Source: a virus
Reading direction: 5' to 3' (one strand)
DNA: 64,000 nucleotides
Virus record (IMG/VR): IMGVR_UViG_3300025536_000012
Coordinates: 3,496 to 67,495 of that record
Every line of letters begins with the position of its first letter. Within the stretch, counting starts at the first letter, position 1. Of this stretch, positions 11,101 through 19,969 are shown piece by piece. The notes beneath the pieces are model-generated. The model was not told the DNA's origin. It searched no databases and was given only the letters and a program-made list of their open reading frames with translations. Made by a program: the position numbers and the translations under genes.

Positions 11101-11869
11101 GTTCACGGGAGACTTCAACATCGACGGTTTCTACACCACGACTCCACTCACGGAGACGTTGGTGAACGCCAACTGGTCAATGGAGATCCGTGGATCCGAG
11201 CTCCTGATCCCTGGCTCTACACTACTCGACAAGGATCGGGTTGCCGCAACAGTAGCTGCTCGAAGCGAATCGATCGGCAATCGTCGAGTCATCTCCCTGT
11301 TCCCCGATACCGTAGTAGCGGTGGTCGAGGGTTCAGATCAGGAGCTCGAGTCATTCTACTACGGTGCCTGCATGACCGGCATGGTGGCCTCAAATCCACC
11401 ACAGCAGGGATTCACCAACCTACCCTCGACGGGCTTCACTGGTGTGAAGGGCTCGCAAGACTCCTTCTCTACCTCGCAGCTCAACATCATGGCGGGTGGT
11501 GGAACGTATATCATCGTTCAGGATGCCCAGGGCGGTCCGGTTACCTGTCGTCATCAGGTCACAACCGACCTGACTTCTACGGAAACCAGAGAGTTCTCTA
11601 TCACCAAGATCGTGGACTTCGTTGCGAAGTTCATGCGTACAGGTCTCCGGAACTACATCGGAACGTTCAACATCACCCAGCCGTTCCTGGACATGCTGTC
11701 TACAGTCATTCAGGGACAACTTTCCTTCCTGGAGGAAGGTGGTGTTATCCTCGGCGGTGACCTGAACAACCTGATTCAGGACAAGGACAATCCGGACACC
11801 GTCATTGTCGACATCACTCTCGACGTTCCCTACCCCTGTAACTACATCCGCCTCACCCTCGTGATCTAA
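8147..11869 (+). CDS. large tail-sheath-like structural protein (1240 aa)
   Basis: Strong SD (gaggagcatttaagATG). The N-terminus MAELPRPGVEVIQQF resembles the conserved PG(I/V)Y/E start of contractile-sheath proteins. Long, Thr/Ala/Gly-rich with internal repeats. Confidence 0.45.
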   Translation: MAELPRPGVEVIQQFQAASPTVLNPTLVPFVTGPAKEIVEFLNSDGSINTGAKQGTYEQLPQVVAQSAFPSPRSNIAEVNVEEGTIEAAILFGGKLSQLDRDPGSAFLVGWNNARRAAYRSPEITGAGLALDGLTLVIAIDQTVRLNVLSDIAITFATVGGGNLTAAQIADQINDAVGEDVASVIEVGANFRVQIASTLWGAGSSVTIRAGGSANALMVSLTDSVEYRVEAAGFYAQDQVDNTTLSPYIVWSRGVKYLDGVATAFGVALAADASFGQIYLDSSDVETYEEAQASNITFTGGGSIDLKVGDYFVVDGVRPNTSAEVSRVETTRFKLGIINTALSTFDDDGDILTAVYDDSKVNTLLSSVPFSPHYAWFKARKLAGENVAATAATMTGTKLGTPATVATILGVGAGAGPFALAGLTLKTTLTLDGEIQDQYTFTFTGGPFADMAAVVAVIDIDGIVALDASGQLRLSTTSTGADQALSLDTGSSAAAVLGFAALPTSDIGTDVEFKDMAAVLTGAAQTFAFTGTIGHTLLVDVSTDGGLTYPVTRTFTHDAGSIGPHANITALIAALNTAARWDGGVFPTQFTITNTGNQVVITSTATGGGVALRIGAASTGILPGATNAQLQFAASVADIGEENLQGLTLKLRLNDRPDIYSVVFQSDSLDDAVAEINEVIGFSVASIGGGSLSQLVLTSPLEGAASRIEVVDDTVNIRGYLAFGFTSNQSAVGTGRPNPDFRVDDLGNALIGGELLRNAVTGNPFSNSIADLYIQYTGLRLDVSPLAASPALLSISDVTTLEQVLGPLNQNNPLGLAMFFQIINAPGIACKGMGVSGSSAAEPEGTLTAYTQVASFIQSEEVYAICPLTSAQTVHEMFTTHVGFMSGAAQKGERILITCPLDPLRDNDTVVSSGLSANTTATPNQLTLDTNPNQGLIDNGINPALPIDEEDEVYIELAVVVGALQEVRRYSVASVNGVLTTFRTTFTGDFNIDGFYTTTPLTETLVNANWSMEIRGSELLIPGSTLLDKDRVAATVAARSESIGNRRVISLFPDTVVAVVEGSDQELESFYYGACMTGMVASNPPQQGFTNLPSTGFTGVKGSQDSFSTSQLNIMAGGGTYIIVQDAQGGPVTCRHQVTTDLTSTETREFSITKIVDFVAKFMRTGLRNYIGTFNITQPFLDMLSTVIQGQLSFLEEGGVILGGDLNNLIQDKDNPDTVIVDITLDVPYPCNYIRLTLVI

Positions 11870-11922
11870 ACCAGAACCCTAGTTCGAAAGGGCCGGGTTC
11901 CGGCTCGATACAGGAGATACCA

Positions 11923-12366
11923 ATGCCCGCAATCTTTGGTGCAGGAAATCAAGCTCTCGCAGCCGTTCAGAGCCTGGCAAACCGTGGCGACAACCTCGCA
12001 ACGGTTATCATGTCCATGCTCAACAACACCTACTACCTGGCAATGGTGCCTGGTGCAGAAGCTGGTGGCGGTGCCGCTGCCAACTCCATTCGTGTTGCCT
12101 GTCAGGTTCGAGATCAGGATGGCAGTGCCGTTGCCGGAATCAAGAACATCCTCATCACGTCGAAGCCGATCGCAGGAGCTGGTACCATTACCGATGGTGG
12201 TGCCGGTGCCGTCGTCGCTGGCTCTGCTTCGGTTTCGTGTTGGATGACCACCGATGCAAATGGTGCCCTTCAATTCGACGTGCTCAACGCTTCTGCCGAG
12301 ACCAACCTCGTGAAGGCAGAGCTCGACAACGGCACTACGGAGATCATTGTTCTCACCTTCGCCTGA
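11923..12366 (+). CDS. Ig-like domain protein (147 aa)
   Basis: SD (caggagataccaATG). A beta-rich SIRVACQVRDQDGSAVAG pattern is typical of Big/Ig-like folds. Confidence 0.5.
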   Translation: MPAIFGAGNQALAAVQSLANRGDNLATVIMSMLNNTYYLAMVPGAEAGGGAAANSIRVACQVRDQDGSAVAGIKNILITSKPIAGAGTITDGGAGAVVAGSASVSCWMTTDANGALQFDVLNASAETNLVKAELDNGTTEIIVLTFA

Positions 12367-12412
12367 GTCTGGCGGACTCTGATAGAATCGGAATCACCTC
12401 TTAGGAGACAAC

Positions 12413-13126
12413 ATGTCGAAGCTTTCAGAGTGGGCGCCATACAACCGGTACGTTCAAGGCGGACTGGTCGACGGACAGTTCTTGTCCGCTGCCTACACCC
12501 TCCTTGCAGCCGGTCCTCCTCGTCTCGCCAACATCGGCGGTGCAACTGGTGCTGCCGCTGCTCTGTCGAGCTCGGGGGCTGGCCAGGACTTCGCGATGCC
12601 TATCGGCGTCGTTCAGAACGTCAACCTGGCCCACAACCGTTCATTCGCCCGCTTCTGGGAACTTGGAAGCGAGCGTTCGTACTTCATCTCTGGACGCACC
12701 GTGGGACAGCTTGGGCTCTCTCGAGTCATGTATCACGGCCCTTCGCTGCTCAGGATGCTGTACGCATACTACCAGGACCTCTTGCCGCCTACGGTGGTAC
12801 CCTTCGTCTTCCCGAATCCGGGTGTCGTGACGCAGGCCAACCCCCACAACGTCAAGATCCCTCCTGGTTACGAGAACCTCTACCTGAACCTCGCCTCGGA
12901 TCTCTTCAGCCAGCCTGTTGGCATGCTGATGTACTTCCGTGACTCGAATGAGGATACGGTCGGCGCCATCTACATGGAGGAGTGCTACATCCCTTCGCAT
13001 ACCATTGCGACGGATGCTGGTGGTACTGTTATCCAGGAGTCGGCAGCCATCCAGTTCGAACGAGCAGTTCCTGTTGCAGTGAGCTCGCTGGCTCTCATCA
13101 CGGGTCAGTTCGATCCGAATGGCTAA
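12413..13126 (+). CDS. possible tail tube protein (237 aa)
   Basis: SD (taggagacaacATG). Position and size fit a tube protein downstream of the sheath; no motif proof. Confidence 0.35.
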   Translation: MSKLSEWAPYNRYVQGGLVDGQFLSAAYTLLAAGPPRLANIGGATGAAAALSSSGAGQDFAMPIGVVQNVNLAHNRSFARFWELGSERSYFISGRTVGQLGLSRVMYHGPSLLRMLYAYYQDLLPPTVVPFVFPNPGVVTQANPHNVKIPPGYENLYLNLASDLFSQPVGMLMYFRDSNEDTVGAIYMEECYIPSHTIATDAGGTVIQESAAIQFERAVPVAVSSLALITGQFDPNG

Positions 13127-13144
13127 AAAATAGCTGAGGGACAA

Positions 13145-14293
13145 ATGGATATCGAACTCGCCCAACAAGTCTTCAAGCGCTTCGCAAATGGACAGCCAGT
13201 TGCGGAGCAGCTTTTCTATAAAGCAGCTTCAGCCCTCGAGCTCAATCCGGATGATGCGTTGTTCGAAGCGCGATTCTACACTTGCCTCGATCACGATCTG
13301 AAGAAGATCGCCTCGGGTCGCGTGCTAGATGATGCCTCGGTGATGCTCTACTGCGCTGCCGCTGGCTTCAATCCATACGAGTTGGTGAAGACGGCTTCGG
13401 CCTATGCTCTTCATCCACTCAACCTCGCCATGGAGGTTCTCGAGCAGAAGAACTGGGTTCCAGATCTTCGAATGCTCAAGATCGCCATGATGGCTCCAGC
13501 TATGGATGATGGCTCGATGGCCCAGGGAGATCCAATGGCAATGGATCCTGCGGCGGCTGGTGGTGCGGCTGCTGCGCCTCCTCCTGGACAAGATCCAGCA
13601 ATGGCAGGACCGCAGGCAGGTGCTGCTGTTCAACAAGATCCGATGCGTCGGTTCAAGCCTTCTCCAATGGCTCCTGTTCAAGTTCCTCCTTCGAATGATG
13701 GAGGAAACATGCAGGAGCTTGCGAATTCGGCTCGTCATCCAGAAGCTGGCGCTGGAATGGCTGGTGGAATGGGATCTGAGGCTGGTGGCGACAGCATGAT
13801 GTCTGCTGCCGGTCCAATGGATCCCGCTCCTCCGATGCCCCCAGACCAGAAGCTTCTCGCTGTTCAGGCGAACATTCCTCCTGAAGCGCTCAATCGCTGG
13901 GCAGGAAAGCTGGCGGAGCTCGAAAAGCAGGTCGGCATGTCTGTCGATGACCCTGCACAGCTTGCGAAGTTCATCGCTCAGATGCAGAAGGATGATGGAA
14001 AGATGGTTGATGAGGCCATCAAGAACATGGCTGTACAGACAGCTCCTGTTCGTCCCACCATCCAACAGCAGGCTGCACAGCAAGCACAGGGAGGAGGACC
14101 TCCTGGTGGTTCTCCTGGTGGAGCCCCGCCGCCTCCATCGAGCGATGGCGCACAAGGAGCAGCGGGAGGACAGCCTCCGGCTGGGGGCCAACCGCCGCAG
14201 AAGCCTGCTCCCAAGAAACCAGCTCCTCAGCAACAAGCGCAACAACAGCAGCCTCAACAAGAGAAGATGGCAAAACGTGCGTGGATGCCCTGA
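13145..14293 (+). CDS. low-complexity Met/Pro/Ala/Gln-rich protein (382 aa)
   Basis: Globular N-terminus followed by MAPAMDDGSMAQGDPMAMDPAAAGGAAAAPPPGQ and QQQAQQQQPQQ tracts. Confidence 0.5.
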   Translation: MDIELAQQVFKRFANGQPVAEQLFYKAASALELNPDDALFEARFYTCLDHDLKKIASGRVLDDASVMLYCAAAGFNPYELVKTASAYALHPLNLAMEVLEQKNWVPDLRMLKIAMMAPAMDDGSMAQGDPMAMDPAAAGGAAAAPPPGQDPAMAGPQAGAAVQQDPMRRFKPSPMAPVQVPPSNDGGNMQELANSARHPEAGAGMAGGMGSEAGGDSMMSAAGPMDPAPPMPPDQKLLAVQANIPPEALNRWAGKLAELEKQVGMSVDDPAQLAKFIAQMQKDDGKMVDEAIKNMAVQTAPVRPTIQQQAAQQAQGGGPPGGSPGGAPPPPSSDGAQGAAGGQPPAGGQPPQKPAPKKPAPQQQAQQQQPQQEKMAKRAWMP

Positions 14294-14315
14294 GATTGGG
14301 TGCTGAGTTACAATA

Positions 14316-14348
14316 GGCTCGGTCTATTTCTGACCGGGCCTTTTTTTG
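14316..14348 (+). terminator. rho-independent terminator closing the plus-strand structural module
   Basis: GGCTCGGTC-tatttct-GACCGGGCC forms a 9-bp stem (one G-U pair) followed by TTTTTTT at 14341-14347. Confidence 0.7.
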
Positions 14349-14363
14349 TTATGGGGGTAGTAC

Positions 14364-14630
14364 ATGGACGTCGATATCATCCTTAAAATCATCCAGCTCT
14401 ATGGGTTTCCAGCAGCCATGTGCCTTTGGTTCATGATTCGCTTGGAGAAGAAGTTGGACAACATCGACAAGGTCAACCACAAGCAAGTCGTCATCATGGC
14501 GGTTCTGGTTCGCATTCTTGGAGACAAGAAAGCCATGGGATCTTTCCCTGATGACTTCATAGAAGATGTTACCGGTGTCACGGAAATCCCCCTTCCGGAA
14601 AGCACCAAATCAAAGGGAAGTCTGACATGA
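14364..14630 (+). CDS. small protein with hydrophobic segments (88 aa)
   Basis: SD (ggggtagtacATG). First gene after the terminator. Confidence 0.45.
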   Translation: MDVDIILKIIQLYGFPAAMCLWFMIRLEKKLDNIDKVNHKQVVIMAVLVRILGDKKAMGSFPDDFIEDVTGVTEIPLPESTKSKGSLT

Positions 14631-14845
14631 CCTACTTCTGGACTATCATTCCTTTCTTGATCTTCTTCGTCTTCATTCTCCGACACGAGATCAAGTACAA
14701 GAAGCGTGAGACCATTCAAAAGATCGAGACTGAGCGCTTCATGAGCCCGATTGCCACAGTCACCGGTCGCATGTTCGAGAAACGCTACGGTCGTCCGTCA
14801 TCTCAAATGGAGAACGCGTTCCCAGACATCAAAAACGCAAAGTAG
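14627..14845 (+). CDS. small single-TM membrane protein, holin-like candidate (72 aa)
   Basis: ATGA overlap. N-terminal hydrophobic helix YFWTIIPFLIFFVFIL, then a charged tail. Confidence 0.4.
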   Translation: MTYFWTIIPFLIFFVFILRHEIKYKKRETIQKIETERFMSPIATVTGRMFEKRYGRPSSQMENAFPDIKNAK

Positions 14846-14854
14846 TATAGTTTA

Positions 14855-15238
14855 ATGAGTTCGAACGAAATTGCCCTCGTGGTGGTGTCGGCAGTGCTTG
14901 CGGCTGCCTGGGTGCCGGTTGGCGTACACTTCTGGAGATCCTGGAAGCACCGGGGTTCTCCGTTAAGCCTCGCTATTTGCGGTCTGGTTGGATTTCCAGT
15001 CTTCACAAACGCGAGCACTGCGATCTTCTTGAATGGAGATGAGGTCCAGACAGTTCTTGCGATGGTTGGAACGAACTTTCTGCTCCTCTTGAACTTCATG
15101 ATCTGTTTCAAATGGCAAAAACAACGGTTTCCTGATGCCAGAACAGGTCCCTCCACATCCACCAATCCTCCAGACTTTTGGAAGATAGGTGGACAGAATG
15201 GCGAGCTCGAGGACGACGATCCGACGCCTCCGCGTTAA
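14855..15238 (+). CDS. membrane protein with about 3 TM segments (127 aa)
   Basis: Hydrophobic stretches IALVVVSAVLAAAWVPVGV, LSLAICGLVGFPVF and TNFLLLLNFMICF. Confidence 0.45.
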   Translation: MSSNEIALVVVSAVLAAAWVPVGVHFWRSWKHRGSPLSLAICGLVGFPVFTNASTAIFLNGDEVQTVLAMVGTNFLLLLNFMICFKWQKQRFPDARTGPSTSTNPPDFWKIGGQNGELEDDDPTPPR

Positions 15239-15429
15239 TAAATTCTTCCAAACTCGCGGCGACCTCTTCTACGGCCATCTGCTTCGGCATGCTGTTGGGT
15301 CGTATCTAGAAGGCGAGCTAGATCCATTTTCGCCATCTCCGACATCCCAGGTAGAGCTTTCTCTAGATCTGGGTACGGCCCAGCAGTGGTTCGGATGATG
15401 CGGATAATCTCTCTATCTGATCGGGTCAT

Positions 15430-16650
15430 TCACGGCTCCATGGCGTTGTTGGCTTTTCGCTTGAGCTTCTCTAGTGGAATGACCTGCTCTCGGTCAAGCA
15501 CGTAGGGAGCAATCAGGGCGAACTGACTCTGGTTGCAGTTGATGTAGAACGGATCGATTGTGTGCACCTGAAAACCGAGAAGGGGATGGAATGGGATGAT
15601 GAATTGGGCACTGTCACCTAATCCCTTAACAGCTTGAATTAGGTTGTCAGCTCGGGCGCAGATCGTGACTTCTTCTTGATTCTGCATTGACCTAGTCATT
15701 GGAATCTCACCCTGATAGATCGGTCGTGCAGGGCTGAGATACTTCTCGTCAGCTCCGTAGCTCGTGTACTGGAGGCCAGTGTTGGTTGTCTTCAAGGTCA
15801 CGACCGGTCTTTCTTTATCAGTCACGGCTTGCATCGTGCCAGTGAGAACTGACTCGAGGAACGGGCCATGAACCACGAAACCCACCGACCTCGGATCTAC
15901 GGCTGGGCGTGGATCTTTGTAGTCGTCGATGGGGTGGTACTTCGGCTTACTCCAGAAGAACATCTCTGAACCGTCATCTATCTCTACACGAACTCCGAAG
16001 ATGCCAGATTTCTTGGCTACCCCCATCTGAACCTCAGACACAAAAGGCGTCCTCAGGATCGAGTAGAGGGCCACCGCGGCATCGTAGCCAAGGAGTCGCG
16101 GCTCTGTCGTGACCACAGGAAGCCCGTTCTGGATGAGCATTAGCTGTCCAGTGGTGGTGATCATCTCGTCTCCACGGAAGATGACTCCAAAGTAGTCGCC
16201 TTGAGTTGTCTTCGAGAGATCTGGGCGAAGCAGGTAGCTCAATGCGTTCTTGAGCTGTTGTGGATCCATGTCTGCTCCGTCACTCGCCTTGATGCTTTTG
16301 TCCATCAAGTTATCATCCCAGCCCAGGGGTTGTGCGTAGCTAGGAACCGCGAAGCCTTTCCTCTCTGAAGGCATCGACAATGTCGAAATCACCTTGGAGA
16401 GCTCATCAGGTTTGAAATAGCACCGATCGCTTTCACCGAGGTATTCGCAGATGTACGTGAGATAGCTGACAGTAGTTGCTGTTGTGTACTTTCGATCGTC
16501 GTTCGACGCAAACAACTTTAAGAGATCGTCTCGAGCAACCATAAAAGCGATCTTAGTTTGCATCTCAGTAAAGGCTCTGAGCACCTTGGTCAAACGGTCT
16601 CGGTCTGTGCTCAGCTTCGATAGTTCAAAATGTTCCATTCCGTCCTCCAA
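15430..16650 (-). CDS. hypothetical protein (406 aa)
   Basis: Long ORF preceded by a 214-nt leader from promoter motif 16856-16863, with SD ggaggacggaATG. Confidence 0.6.
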   Translation of the reverse strand: MEDGMEHFELSKLSTDRDRLTKVLRAFTEMQTKIAFMVARDDLLKLFASNDDRKYTTATTVSYLTYICEYLGESDRCYFKPDELSKVISTLSMPSERKGFAVPSYAQPLGWDDNLMDKSIKASDGADMDPQQLKNALSYLLRPDLSKTTQGDYFGVIFRGDEMITTTGQLMLIQNGLPVVTTEPRLLGYDAAVALYSILRTPFVSEVQMGVAKKSGIFGVRVEIDDGSEMFFWSKPKYHPIDDYKDPRPAVDPRSVGFVVHGPFLESVLTGTMQAVTDKERPVVTLKTTNTGLQYTSYGADEKYLSPARPIYQGEIPMTRSMQNQEEVTICARADNLIQAVKGLGDSAQFIIPFHPLLGFQVHTIDPFYINCNQSQFALIAPYVLDREQVIPLEKLKRKANNAMEP

Positions 16651-16855
16651 CAGAAAAGGTGAACAGGTCCGCAGCCACTTGCTTCCATACGAACGATACG
16701 AGCTCGAGAAGGGTTTACTGGGAAGCCGTTAGCGCCTCCCCCTCTCGAGCTCGTCACAAGTTCGTGTTGGGGGCGTAGCGCCCTCGATGGGTAGTGTTGA
16801 TCAGCCCTGACGTAGCATCAGAGACAGAAGGCTATGCTTCGGACCTGTTCAAGTT

Positions 16856-16863
16856 CTTATCCC
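16856..16863 (-). promoter_or_regulatory. conserved promoter-like motif GGGATAAG (class A)
   Basis: Coding-strand GGGATAAG. The TAA stop codon of the upstream gene is embedded in the motif. Confidence 0.45.
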
Positions 16864-16864
16864 T

Positions 16865-18940
16865 TCAATGTCGGAGGAACCGTACGAACTCTCGAAGCAC
16901 CACTTCGAGCAAGGCTTGTCCTATCTCAATTGCGGGCACTCGACGCCAGAAGGAAGGAGGACCGAACATCTCGAGAGCGTCTGCATCCGTGATTTCGTTT
17001 CCAAGGATGACGGTATAGATCATCACCTTCTTCGTTCGTGCGTACTCAATCTCCTTCCGAACGAAACCCATCAACGCTTCTCTAGAAATGTCCTTGCCGT
17101 CGACCTTGAATTGGGTTGGATTACCGTCAGTGAGAAGAAATAACCTCTTCTTCATTCCAGGCGGAGTGCTCGATGCGAGGTGCTTCACCGCAACGTGAAT
17201 TCCCGTGTGTGTGGGAGTCATGCCATCACATGACACCGGTATAGTGCTCTTCTGGTTCGCGTAGAGACCCTGTGCCTCCACCTCAGTCGCTAAATAACCA
17301 TCACAATCCTTGTGGTACTTGTAGATCCACACCTCACCACCGTTTGTGAGGGCAGCGATCTTTTCTTTGATCGTGGGATAGACACCAAAGTCCTTTCCTA
17401 TGGCTCCTCGAAAACCCCACAGATTTCCGCGTACGAATGGATAGTCTAGAGCTCGCTTGAGCATCTCAGATCCGATGCAGACGTAGTTGAATGGATTGCC
17501 GGTCATGGACCCTGACATGTCACAAAGCGTCAGATAGGAGAACCCGCGATCAAATCCGTCGTCCTCGAATACTGCATCATCTTGGCCATCCATTCGATAT
17601 TGGATCATTGCCTGTACATCGATTTCATCTCCGTCGTCAACAAGTCTGGAGATCTTTTTGCCGATGAACTTCGCAAAGACCGAGCGCATCCGATCAATTT
17701 GCTCTTCTTCATCGAGGGGAATGACGATGCGAGCATTGGGCGAGATGTGTTTGGGCTCTACATCGGCGATGAGCACCTTGGCAGCAGCTTCGGTAAGCAG
17801 AAACTGGTTCTTGCTGAGCTCTCCTTCCGATGCTCTCTGAAGTGCCTTGATTGCGCCTTCCATATCTCCATCGACTGGAACCTTGAGCCCCATAGATTGG
17901 AGTGTGGGGACTTCTTCCTGTTTCCCCTGCATCGGCATGTTGAAGATCTTGGCCAGCGCCGCCTCATCAGAGATCTGTAGCTTGTGGAGAGGGTTTACTG
18001 TCTTGTCGTGCTGGCTGAGCTGGTAGTGCTCTTGGTCTCGACGGAACGTGTGTGCTCGGTCAGAGAGCTGCTGCGCTGCCTCATCTCTGGTTTCGGGCCG
18101 TGCCTGCGACTGTGGAGATTCTCTATCGTCGCTCTTGTCTCCACTTTCCTGCTGCTCTTCCTGTCCTTCACCTTTTTCTTCTTCCTCGGGAGGATTGATG
18201 AGTCGTTCCAAACACTGCTCGAGGAACCAGCGCACAACGGCCAGCATATTGGCCGCACCACGTCCCTTCACAGCCTCTGTAGCCTTACGAGCTAGCGGGA
18301 CTAGATCGTGAAAAGGTCCTTTTCTCCTATTGAGATTCTCGGCATCCAGAGCCACGCCGAAGATCCAAGAGATGAAGTTCTCATTGAGGTCTGGAGCAGC
18401 CTCTGCGAGCTCCTTCCACTTCAAGGCGATCTCTCCTGCTGAACCTGGATAGACGAGAGACCACAAACTGTTCACGCGTAGATCGTCGAAAGCCTCAACG
18501 ATCTGACGAATCAACACCTCTACGTGAGCTCCGAAATGTGCTGAGTACATCGTCACGAACCTGTGAAACAGAGCCGGAGACGATTTGAATATGATGTGAC
18601 TCCACTCGTGCTCGAAGCTGCGATAGGCGTACATCATGCCGCAGCGATAGCAGGACATCTCTGTTCCTGGACGAATAATGGCTTCTCGTCGTGCCATCGA
18701 AGTATGCCCACAACTCAGAAGGCACTCCACCGGGCCATACACCTCGATTACTTTCTGGATCACGACCTGGCTGAAATTCACAGCCACGAAACCGACGATG
18801 TTGGTGCTCGAGACCTTGTCTTCTTTGAGGACGATCTTCTTATCGAACAATCCGTTGAAGATGTGGTTGGTTTTGTAGAAGGGGTCCTTGCTTGGGATGT
18901 TGAACTCTGGATCTACGTACTCAGACAGCGGTCGTTTCAT
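16865..18940 (-). CDS. CobT-like VWA-domain protein with N-terminal HExxH motif (691 aa)
   Basis: MIDAS-like LTLCDMSGSMTG (DxSGS) places a VWA domain at the C-terminus. HEWSH zinc-hydrolase-like motif and an acidic E/Q-rich linker. Confidence 0.65.
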   Translation of the reverse strand: MKRPLSEYVDPEFNIPSKDPFYKTNHIFNGLFDKKIVLKEDKVSSTNIVGFVAVNFSQVVIQKVIEVYGPVECLLSCGHTSMARREAIIRPGTEMSCYRCGMMYAYRSFEHEWSHIIFKSSPALFHRFVTMYSAHFGAHVEVLIRQIVEAFDDLRVNSLWSLVYPGSAGEIALKWKELAEAAPDLNENFISWIFGVALDAENLNRRKGPFHDLVPLARKATEAVKGRGAANMLAVVRWFLEQCLERLINPPEEEEKGEGQEEQQESGDKSDDRESPQSQARPETRDEAAQQLSDRAHTFRRDQEHYQLSQHDKTVNPLHKLQISDEAALAKIFNMPMQGKQEEVPTLQSMGLKVPVDGDMEGAIKALQRASEGELSKNQFLLTEAAAKVLIADVEPKHISPNARIVIPLDEEEQIDRMRSVFAKFIGKKISRLVDDGDEIDVQAMIQYRMDGQDDAVFEDDGFDRGFSYLTLCDMSGSMTGNPFNYVCIGSEMLKRALDYPFVRGNLWGFRGAIGKDFGVYPTIKEKIAALTNGGEVWIYKYHKDCDGYLATEVEAQGLYANQKSTIPVSCDGMTPTHTGIHVAVKHLASSTPPGMKKRLFLLTDGNPTQFKVDGKDISREALMGFVRKEIEYARTKKVMIYTVILGNEITDADALEMFGPPSFWRRVPAIEIGQALLEVVLREFVRFLRH

Positions 18941-19941
18941 ACCGCTGCCCTAGTGCTGTTCCACTTCTCCTTGGCCTTGAATCCGGCAAAGCTTGAGCTG
19001 ATTCGAGCCGCCACGGTCTCTTTGTCCTTGCCCTCGAACTTGTGGAAGAGCATCTGCAAGGCCGATTCGGGCCCTAGAAGCAGGATGGTCCTCAATAGCT
19101 TCACCACGTCTCGAGTAGAGAGGGCATAGCTGAGGCTGTGTCTCTTCTCTCTGGTCTCAGCGGCCAACGTGGTGCAACCCAGAACGAAGGCATCGAAAGC
19201 AACTGGATCCATACCCACCGGTATAGGTACATTGGCTTCCAAAATGGCCTTCTCTTGGCTCTGTGTGGGGTAACCGATCTCAACCTCTACCCATCTAGAC
19301 CGGAAGTCTTCATTGAGATCGTAGGTGCCTCCGTAGAGAGACGGATTCATGAGACCAACAGCCCAAATCTGAGCTCCAGCTCTCAAGCGATAGGTCTTGC
19401 CAGCTTGAGGAATGGATACCGACTTACGGAAATCGAGAAACTCATTGAGCTGCTTTTGTGTCTGAGGTGTGAGGGCATTTACCTCTTCGAAGGCGATGAT
19501 GGCTCGACCGTACTCGTTGGCAACATCGATGGCGGTGGCCATGCTGCCCAACATGAAGGGCGTCTCACTACCTTTGAAGAAGAAGTTACCGATCAAATCT
19601 TTCTTCTTGATATCTTCACTACACGGTACAGTGATGGTTGGAGTTTGTGTAGTCGCCGCAAGAGCGATGAGGGAGAGGGATTTACCATCTCCTTTGGGCC
19701 CCCGTACAAGTAGATTCTCGTTGAACATCAGCTTGTGGTAGAGGGGAATCAGGTTGAAGACATCCACGTATGGAGGTGTGGAGGTGTACATGAAGTCTTC
19801 GATAGGGGATCGCACAATGGAGATATCTGACTCTCCGTTAGACATCTCGAGTTTCAACGAGGCGAACTGAGATGGAGTGAGCTCGCTCAACCACTTTTTC
19901 CACATAGACATTTCTTTCTCCTGGCAAAAAATGAGGCGCAC
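18937..19941 (-). CDS. MoxR/CobS-like AAA+ ATPase (334 aa)
   Basis: Walker A LLVRGPKGDGKSLS, Walker B-like AIIAFEEVNAL. ATGA overlap with the downstream VWA partner, a typical arrangement. Confidence 0.7.
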   Translation of the reverse strand: MRLIFCQEKEMSMWKKWLSELTPSQFASLKLEMSNGESDISIVRSPIEDFMYTSTPPYVDVFNLIPLYHKLMFNENLLVRGPKGDGKSLSLIALAATTQTPTITVPCSEDIKKKDLIGNFFFKGSETPFMLGSMATAIDVANEYGRAIIAFEEVNALTPQTQKQLNEFLDFRKSVSIPQAGKTYRLRAGAQIWAVGLMNPSLYGGTYDLNEDFRSRWVEVEIGYPTQSQEKAILEANVPIPVGMDPVAFDAFVLGCTTLAAETREKRHSLSYALSTRDVVKLLRTILLLGPESALQMLFHKFEGKDKETVAARISSSFAGFKAKEKWNSTRAAV

Positions 19942-19969
19942 AAGCCGCCCCTTAGAATCTCAGATCTCA

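Noticed and set aside
15430-16650. Sliding-clamp (DnaN-like) identity for the 406-aa protein.
   Set aside because: Only the size is suggestive and there are no diagnostic motifs; it is left as hypothetical.
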